A stretch of 64,000 bases of DNA, from contig CAJNYD010000062.1 in NCBI GenBank assembly GCA_905331295.1, forward strand, positions 1 through 64,000, read 5' to 3'. The notes under the pieces were generated by a model. That model was given only the letters and a program-made list of their open reading frames with translations, had not been told where the DNA came from and did no database searches. Both the position numbers and the translations under genes were made by a program. Source of the DNA: Rotaria socialis (taxonomy: Eukaryota). Each line of letters begins with the position of its first letter. Positions within the stretch are counted from its first letter, which is position 1. Positions 54,501 through 64,000 of the stretch are shown here, one piece after another.

Positions 54501-55389
54501 GTTAAGAATGAATATACGGAGAATATGAGAAAACAGAGAGAGAGAGAGAGATGATCAACAACAAAATATTTGTAACGTATATGAAATTAATAATATGTAG
54601 AAGCCAGAATGCGAGAAAAAACAATGCAGCAACGTGGAAAAAAATCAGAATGAAGGAGAATAAAGATTAATTGAAAAGATGTGTGATCTGTAATACAGAT
54701 TACTTTTCTATAACTAATACGAGTCAGAACAACTTTACACAATAAATGTTTTTCGTTCATTGCTGAGAACCTGAACTTTATGAAACGAAAACGTAACTTC
54801 TGTCTGTAGTTTATTTGAAAAAATGACTTTCATATGTAAAAATACTATTCAATTTAAGATAGGCTTGGAATGCATAGAAAATTTTTCTATAACAGTATAC
54901 GATGATAAAAATAATCTGTAAAAATCATGCATAATTAAATTTTACACATGCAAACAAGATTGATCGATTTTTGAACGTATGATATTTGTCAACTGTCGCT
55001 CTTTTCGTTGTTTTATACAATTTGTGAATGAAGTTAAGTCTTCCCAATTCTATCTGTTTAAGACAACAATGAGAATCCGGCATTCTAAGGTAATGATTTT
55101 GTCTTATTTTTTGATATATCTAACAGAACGAACGAATATGTAGTATTATGCTTTAGATATGTATTCAATGATTTTTATTTAGATTTATAATGTAAAGGAG
55201 AAAGTTATTGTTATTTCATTCTTTTCTCTCTTTTTTCTTTCTTTTGAGTATTCAACAAAAAAAATAAGAAAGAGAAATATCAAACATGTGTACGAACACA
55301 AACCAACATTTGCAAGACAAGCAATGAAAACAGGCGGTGTACAATAATACATAATGTTTTGTTCTATTTAATAAGAACGATCACAATGA

Positions 55390-56712
55390 TCACTTTTTTT
55401 GAGCTGATCGAACAAGTCCGCCACCATTTTTTTCATTAGCCGGACCACTACGTCGTTTATTATTATCTTCAGATGATTGTTGAGGTAGTCGATCACGTCG
55501 TGGATTTGATGCCACTTGTTCTTGTCTCTTTTGAAGTATAGCAACCAGAGCTCCGCGTGGGATGGGACAATCCCATCCCATCCCATACGTCCCATGGGAT
55601 GCAACTTTTTAAATAAAAGCTCATGGGATGGGATGGGACGGAAATATTTTGAGAGTCGTCCCATCCCATGGGACAAAAATTTCTTCGTCCCACCCATCGT
55701 CCCATGGGACGAAGAAATATTATATGAATCTATTCATTTTTACTAAAAATAGTAAAGTCGTTTCAATATAGATGTCGTACCCAACTGTGTGAGAAAAATA
55801 GTTTAAAATGTAAACTATACGTGGTCAACTAGTGCAGCTATTTCGATTCAATGTAAAACAAAATATAATAATGAACTTACGCATAGAGGAAAAAATGCGA
55901 TTTGATCTATTGAAACAGTAACAATTGATTTAGTTATTGTGGCTTATAACTGGTGAAATGTCTTTGAATAATTCGTTCCATGGAAAATATGAAAGTTGTA
56001 CAATGATGTAACACTGAAACTTTATACTTTTATTTATTTTTTCCAGTTGCTTTTGTATTTAATGAAATATTTTCCTTTCTCATTTACTAGTTCTTTTCTC
56101 TATTTTTTAAAATGCTGTATTTATAACTAGGATGATGTCATTCATTATTGTAATATGCAAAAAGAACAGAAGTTCGAACTATACTATAATTCGTAGTCTC
56201 ACTCGATCGATGATAATCAAAAAAATTTGACACCTTAAAAAACATTTGACATTTCAGACGTCCCATGGGATGATTTTTTGCGTCCCATCTCATCTCACGC
56301 GGAGCTCTGATAGCAATATCGAGAGAGAGTCAGCGATTCGAAAACTTTTATGTGCTAATTGCATTTGATCATCAGATCGTCGTTGACCATTTTCAGTTTT
56401 TTCAATACCTGAAAAATAGTAACGACTAGATGTATCATCAGTAGATACAATTGAAAAAGAAAATTGTGCCGCGACGACGTGTATCTGGATTAACTTCTTT
56501 GATTAATTGCGTTAATTCTCCTAATGTTGCATTCATCCAAGTATAAATTTGAACTTCATTTTCTGGTGTATGTCCTTGTTCAATTTCCCTAGATAAATAA
56601 TGACGACTTTTACAACAAAAGGCACGTATAATAATGGATATGTTTTTAATCGATCAATGAATCGATCAACTTTGTTCACTTCTACAGTTAATTTTGTTTC
56701 AGCCATTGTCAT
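55390..56712 (-). pseudogene. SAP18: SAP18 (Sin3A-associated protein 18) pseudogene
   Basis: IDRLKTYPLL/RAF...RH...ENEVQIYTWMNATLGELTQLIKEVNPDTRRRGT..F.FSIV...DD...FRIAD.LDIAI. At least 3 frameshifts plus a MITE insertion. Confidence 0.85.
55546..56309. mobile_element. hAT-type MITE with cccatggga arrays inserted in SAP18 pseudogene
   Basis: TIR cagagctccgcgtg / cacgcggagctctg. TSD atagcaac / atagcaat (7/8). Confidence 0.9.
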
Positions 56713-57739
56713 TATATATTTCTTTCTATATCGATCAAAACAATCACCTAAATGATTAATTAACTGAGCATTATGCTTTCTAAACTGTTACATCTAAAGA
56801 TTGACATGATCATCAATTTAGATTTCATCGTCCAGAAAATGTTATTGATTATATCAGTCCGATTTGTAGGAAAGCGATTATGGATACATATATTGTGTGT
56901 CAAAGCGAAAACTATCCATATTATTAAAGTCAATCTTCTGTTGATGAGAAGAATGTGCATAATAAACAAGGAACCGTTTTAAATAGCATTATGAACAAAG
57001 CAAATCATGTTACCTAAACCTAATAAATTAAATCAAATGAATTGGTTGAATTTATTACTGTTGAAGGTAGTTGACTCGCAGGTTAGTAAATGGAGCAAGT
57101 TCTGTACATTTTTTTCAATGCACTCTTTTATTAGTTGTACTATATTTGTACCCTTCACTGTAAAGTTTAATGACTGGAATGATTGTCGTGATTAAAGCAC
57201 ACTTTTTAGATGCAGGTATATGAAAATGATTTGTAGTTTTTGGAACTGAGATAACTTACTAAGAATGTGTAACTTTAGTTTTGGATTTAAATACTTCGTG
57301 ATCTTTCTTACTTTATAGATATTTGTTCTTAATAGCACTATTTTTGCTTCCAATGATTTCTATTCAATGTCAGCTGATATTCTTCTTATAAAATCTTAAA
57401 ACTACTAAATATAACAATTCATTTGCATCATATGTGGATGATTTGTAACAGAATGAATATGGTAATCAAATTTTTAAAACTAATTTTACCAATATCTTTC
57501 CTACATATTCTATTAATTTTATTTATTATTTTTGAAAAACATTTAAGTTAAATTATTTCATTTTTACGTTACCGTTGAATTACGATTCGCATTTTTGAAA
57601 AACGGCAAAATCAATTCATTGAAAGAATAATTTCAAGCTGAGGCATCTGTTCAAGCACGTTGATTTGCACCAAGCTTGAAAGGAACGGTAAGTGAAATGT
57701 ATGTATGCCAATTAGTAATTCGACTATAATAATCCTCGC

Positions 57740-58790
57740 TCATTATAATGGCTCTTTTGAAAATCAAAGAACATTTTCGACTGATACTTCTCCTGGTTAT
57801 GCAGCAGTTGGTGATTTCAATAACGATACCCGACTCGACATTGTTGGCACGAATAGTGGCTAAAATACCATAAGTGTATTTCTTGCGTACCCAAGTGACT
57901 CTTTTACGAATCAAACGGTTCATTCAACAGGCCTTTTACCATTATCTGTAGCTGTTGGTTATTTCAACGATGACACAAGATTGGATATCGTTGTCGTTAA
58001 TACGAATGACAATACTCTGAGCATTTTTCACGGTTATGAAAATGGGTTGTTTGCAAATTAATTGGTATATGCAACTGATATTAACCCGCAGTCGGTAGCT
58101 GTCAGTGATTTTAATAACGATGCCCTCTTAGATATCGCTGTCCCTGGGCTCTTTGACTCAGGTGTTGTTATACATTTCGGATATCTTAAACAAGTTTATC
58201 TAAAACAAATCATTCTTAAAACTGGCAAAGGATCTCATCCCGTGTGGTGCGCTATTGAAGATTTTAACAATGACAGTAAAAAGGATATTGCAGTTGAAAA
58301 TTCAGGCACACAAAAAACGTTGGTATTTTCCTTGGATACGGAATTTAATTCTTTCGGAAATCAAATGACATATTCAACTAATTCGACTCCATGGTCTGTT
58401 GCTATTGGAGATTTCAATAATAATACCATACTTGATCTAGTCGTTACTAATCATGGTAAAGACAATGTTGGAATATTTTTTGGATGTGGTAATGGCTCCT
58501 TTTCACACCAAAATACTTTTACCACCGGCTTGAAATCTCAGTCTAGTGCGGTTGCCGTTGGATATTACAACAACGACAGATTATTAGACATTATCGTCAC
58601 AAACTATGGCACCAACGACGTAGGCGTACTGATTGGATATAGTAGTGGTTCTTTTCGCAGATGCGAAGTTTTTTTTCATCTGGTTATGGATCTTTTCCGT
58701 TCTTGGTTTCCTCAGATGATTTTAACAATGATGGAAAGCTAGATTTCGTAGTCGCTTGCGAAGGCACTGGCAATTTAAAAACTCTCTTAA
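57740..58790 (+). pseudogene. FG-GAP/VCBS-repeat beta-propeller protein fragment, disrupted
   Basis: Repeated PxSVAVGDFNNDxxLDIVVxN...VGIFxGxGNGSF units. In-frame TAA at ~57860 and frameshifts near 58320 and 58670. Confidence 0.75.
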
Positions 58791-59485
58791 ATACTTGTTG
58801 ATGTTACAAGTTCAATATTCAGTTCTTTTTTCTTCATTCGCCGCTACTACCCTTAACTTAGTGATACTACTTAGTACTTCTTTTAGCTGCTTTTCTGTTT
58901 GTATGCTGATTAATTATAAACGTTGCACTAATGCAAGTACAAGTACTTTTTACTTAAGTTAAGATCAATATTTCACATGAGTTTATTGAAAGATTCAGCA
59001 TTTTATTCGACATGCATCTCATCAGTAAGAAAATACGATTAAATCAGCAGTTATATATAGAAAGATTGACTCATAACTTGTGTGATCTAAAATAAACACT
59101 TATAGGGAAACAACATTTGTACAAGTTTGATAAGTATATCCAATAATGGGTATCGTAAAGAATAACATCCACCCTGATGCGAACATAAATAAAGATTCCT
59201 GAACAAAATACATATCAACATTTGTTTTCTTCTTCGTAGGAAATCCTTTTCTTTGTAATATTTCAAGCATTTTCTATTCATAAATATCTAATAAAGGAAG
59301 TTCTCCAAAAGTTCCATTGTGCTTTTGCGAGTAACAATTGTATGCATTTTGTAGACCGAAATAAGTTATGAATACCTTGAACAGAAGTCGCATGTTTCTC
59401 ACTTATTGCTGCTGAAATATTGCACTTTTACGGTATCATCTAGTTGAGTATTGTAATTCTCCTTAGGGAAACTGAGCTAAGTTTA

Positions 59486-59573
59486 AGGTGTGGGTGGGTG
59501 TGGCGTATGGGTGGGCTGGGTAGAATCATTCCGTCAACCCACATCCCCACATACTACACACTCGTCCACACCC
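59486..59573. repeat. G/T-rich + C/A-rich quasi-palindrome
   Basis: aggtgtgggtgggtgtggcgtatgggtggg ... cccacatccccacatactacacactcgtccacaccc. Confidence 0.55.
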
Positions 59574-62317
59574 TTCTTTATTTCTTTGAAATATTTGAAT
59601 ATAAACATTAATTTTCTTAGAAGTAAAAATTTACTCTCTACAGTAGTAACCCTGAAATAAAATGAACTAGAAAAACTAGATGGTATTCGAGTTTCACTCG
59701 TATACGAAATGCGATGCGAAGTAGGAATCTAGATCTACAAAAAATCTTCAATCGAGAGAAATCTTGAATACTTTTTATGTCGACATAATGAAATTCATCA
59801 ATGAGAAAACTCTATTCCTACTTAGCAATAGATGCTTAAAGATCGATTTCGATTGATCGATTAATTATCTCGATGACTCATTATCTTATATCAGCTGTCA
59901 ATGAATAGACACTATAGTGGCTAACATATGTTAATGACGTCACTTTAATTATCTCTTCATAAATTTCTTTCATTTTTGTCATTTTGGAACCACATTTGTG
60001 AGTGAACGGACCTTCAGATTAAAGATTCGAAAACAGATGTAAAAAGTTCGCTCTTGATACTTCGATCTCACGTTTCAACGAGTTTTCTGCGATTTTCGGT
60101 TTTCGAGATCATCGCGTCACAAAATGGCGACTTGTGATGCATACGTCAAGTGAGTAAAAATTAAAAAATTAAAAAAAAAACTCGCGACGGACTACATAAA
60201 TGCTTCTGCTTCGCATCGCATTAAAAATGATCATATCAACAGACGAGTATTTTGTTAATTGAGAATAAACTTTGTATAACACTGATGTGCACCTTTGTTG
60301 TATGTTTCCTTGTAGCAGCACTAAACATGTATTGAAGCAAATTGCAGATTGCAGAATAGCTATCAGTAATATATTCGAGCAGAATTTTAGTAGCAGAGAG
60401 TCGAACGTTCGTAATTAATAAACTAACATTAGTGCAATATTCAATGTAATGGACAATTTCCTAGCAGTTTTCATCTGGTTTGAATCGAACCGATAAAATT
60501 TGATTAAGTTTATCATACACACTTTGAGAAAGGTCGTAAGATAAGTTTCTTAAGTTCTCATCTAGTTTTACAATGATGAAATTTGAGAATGATATATCGA
60601 TGTTCTATGTACGGAATTGGCGAAAACCTCCGTTAGTTGATAAAAGGCAGTAAAACATGAGCGGAAAAAAATGAAAAAACCATTGAATCAAAATATTTTG
60701 CCTGGCTGCAAATACTATTCGACAAATATATTTTTTAAAAAGTAATTTTTCTTCACGTACCATTTACAATGCTAATATAATTACAATTTTTTTCCCGTTA
60801 CCGCAAAATTCTTATGATTTTAAAAAGAAAATTAAATATTAATAAATATAAATAGTGATTTGGTGTAGTACAAACCACTTGCTTCTTTTTCCTCCAAAAC
60901 GTAGAGCATAAAAGCAATTCTCAACTTGCTGATGAATGACTAGTAGAATAATTTCAATTATTATTCATGATACTGTAGCAATGATAAGTATATATCAATA
61001 AACGATAATCCTTTTTTTTAATATACGTACAAGTAATTTCTAGTATCTTAGGTGCGTGTATTTTACATTTGTATTCGAAACCTATTTCGCAATATTTTCA
61101 TATCTAGAATATGCATTGATTCGCCTTACGGCAATTGATCGGGTCCAATATCATCTATTCAACTCGTTTTTAGAACTGTAGAACATGTGCTAATTTACAA
61201 ACGAAAATATCAGTTCATCCATTGAAAGTAACTTGATATTAGTTACACTAACATAAGACAACATAAAAGTGATAATGAATGTTTAGCTAAGTATGTTCAA
61301 TAGACTAGTAATTGCATCGTTACTATCCTCTCGTGGTCAGTAATGTGAGAAGAATCGATTCGCATATCTCATAATAGGCGTGTGAATCTCATGTAAGTGA
61401 ATCATCGAAAGATTTTGAAATTTTCAGGGCAACTAGCTCTTGACGAATAAACGAATTTTTTTTCATTGACTACAAGTTCTTGGATGCTATCTTCTATCGG
61501 CTATAGCGATTTAAATGATGGAAAATAGTCCCATGTTTCAGCTTGTTACCGTGAGGTACTTCGCTAAATTGATCTAAAAAGTTTTCTCAACGTCACTAGA
61601 AATTATTCTTGGTTACTAGATTATTTTTATTTCTCAACTGCTGAAATTAAAATATTGAAGTCATCATTTTAATTGCATGCTTCTTTTGTTCTTGAAAATA
61701 TATTTTGTTTTGAAATAGCTATCAAAAATCATTAGAGCAATATCATCTCGATTAAATTTGCATAATCATGCCGGATAACATATTCAATATATGAAAAAAA
61801 TATTTCAATTCAAACAAACGTACTATGTGAGCTCTGCTAGAGACACGCAAGCATTTCTATGATATATTTCTGTCAAAAAAACTTCAGTGTAAGACAAACG
61901 TGAAACACTGTCCAGTGTGCAATATTTCCATCACATAAATTTCAGTTCTTCTCGAATTTTTACCAACATTTAAACAGTATCGTTGTGTTCCTAGAATCAA
62001 TCGTTCGTAAACTCAAAATTGGTCTTATTTGATGCTTTACATGAAATGATGAGATATGACAACCTTTTGACAGTATATTGTAAGTGTAGGATTCATATTT
62101 CATTTCATTTTACCGAAAATTTCAAGATTTAATTCGATATATTTCATCAATAAAAAAATTTGATAAGCTCAAAAGCTATATGTAGGAATATTGCATTGCT
62201 ACTTGTGCAATTCTAAATAAAATCGTCGATACAAAAATGCGCTTTACGAAATTTTCATCACTATACCCAATATTGACAATTACAGATTCATAATAAAAAC
62301 AAACGACTTCAACATAT

Positions 62318-64000
62318 TTAACATCCAGGCTTCCATTGAGATAATTGCTGAATTGGTTTGAAATCTATCTCTTTAACAGCTGGACTATCGATATTAAGAT
62401 TGAAAAAATTACAGTGACTGTCAGCATCAATAAAAAGTGGATCGTCTATGATGCTATTCGTATCATGATTCGTTTCTTGCCATTCACTAAAAACAAGTCT
62501 TCCAAGACCAAAAATCATCATATTGCCATATAGATTAAAATAACAATTATAATTCATGATAACCAAAGGTGATGAAAATGGATCTGGTGCTTGAACTTGA
62601 AATATCCAACGTCCACTTTCATTTACTATATCATAAACAATATTATGTTGAAAAGTAAACGATAAGTGACTCAGTGATTCACGACGATATAATGAAAGAG
62701 CACCATCACTTTGATTACTTGATCGAGCTAGAATATTATTTTGAAATGTATTATTGAAACCATAAATCATAGTGAAAGCAGCTGAACCCGTATTATAAAC
62801 AATTGTATTAGTTATCATCAATTGTGAAGTTCCATCAGCTAAATAAACGCCCCAATCATACAAAAAATATCCGTAAATATCATGTAAAACATTATTTGTA
62901 ATTAGTGTTCCATTAAGAAGACCACATGTATAAATACCAGCAAGATCACTCAATAGATATTGTCCAATATGATGAATATAATTAAAAGATATGCTATGAT
63001 TATACGATGAACTTTCGTCATAACTCCTAAAATAGTCAATGAAAAACTATAAAAAATAATGATCGATTTTTCGTGCTATTATTTTAAATAAAATAAAAAC
63101 TTACCATGACCAACCAATTTGAATAGCTGTATGGAAAAATTGATATATACTATTTTCTGTTATTAAGACATTTATTGTTGCGCGTTGTAAAAGAATGCCA
63201 ACACCCATAGGAAATAAATGGCCACCATCATACAATGTACAATTTCTGACAATAATATTTTTTATCAATTCACTAGATTCACTTTCATTCTTCTTGGCTC
63301 CTATACCTATTCTCACACCGCCTGCTCCTAAATCATAAATTCTACTATTTTCAATATTAATGTGTTCACATTTTCGATCTATTTGTATCGCATAACCAGC
63401 TGTATGTGCAATTTCTATATTATTGAATTTAATTTGACTTGAATTACGTAAATAAACAGCAACTATTGATTTATCTAAATAATCAGCAGCTGCTCGTCCA
63501 TCAATAGGAATAGTTTTATTGATTTTAGATATCATCCATGCGCTATGTTCAATTCCAATTGAATTCCATTCCATTTGATGTACTTTTATGATTGATAGAA
63601 TTGTTTCAAGAATTGGTAAAATGATAATAGTTGTTTGCAGACTTTCATTTTTTCGAGGATGATAATATAAAATCTGTGTGATCGAATCAAAATAAAATGA
63701 ACCCTCTTCATTTAACATTCCTTCATAAACATTTTCAAGATGAAAACGTTGACCTGACTGTTTAATAATCGATGTATTACCAATAACTGATAAACATGGA
63801 TTAGAAAAAGTGATAGTACGATTTTGTGGAAATATTTTAGAAAAATAATGTCGTGATGCTGTATATGAATGATAAATGATAAATTCAGTTGTAGATGTTG
63901 AACTAAGTGTTATATTATCAAATTGGTTTTCGCGATAAATAAAACCTTGATAGGCAAGACGTGTACGATTATCAAGTCCTTTTTCATAAGTAAAATAACT
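62318..64000 (-). CDS. Right-handed parallel beta-helix protein (GH141-like, bacterial type), 5' end beyond window; intron 63027-63104
   Basis: Open frame from 64000: IIYHSYTASRHY...QRFHLENVYEGMLNEEGSFYFD...IYDLGAGGVRIG...GGHLFPMGVGIL...AIQIGWSW|SY...FNYIHHIGQYLLSDLAGIYTCG...WGVYLADGTS...DTNSIIDDPLF. Confidence 0.85.

Overview
AT-rich eukaryotic DNA with many ~55-65 nt GT-AG introns. It is most consistent with a bdelloid rotifer, inferred from intron size, bacterial-type genes carrying introns, FG-GAP family members and MITE types. The gene-dense core (15.9-46 kb) holds intact conserved genes: a BTB protein, NDUFB7, LAMTOR5, OGG1, tomosyn/STXBP5, RSPH3, PGAP2 and beta-arrestin. Both flanks are rich in nested MITEs, pseudogenes (Sib/integrin-beta-like, SAP18, FG-GAP) and probable horizontally acquired genes (a small secreted M15/LAS-like protein and a GH141-like beta-helix protein). 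The most interesting signals are: a tightly packed co-oriented four-gene cluster with operon/SL trans-splicing hallmarks; duplicated mutually exclusive 73-nt exons and several candidate first exons in beta-arrestin; mutually exclusive exons in tomosyn; a stand-alone TDP-43-NTD-like gene split by a precisely removable MITE; and a fold-back array of 164-bp units. All gene models and family calls were made by eye, and no searches were run.
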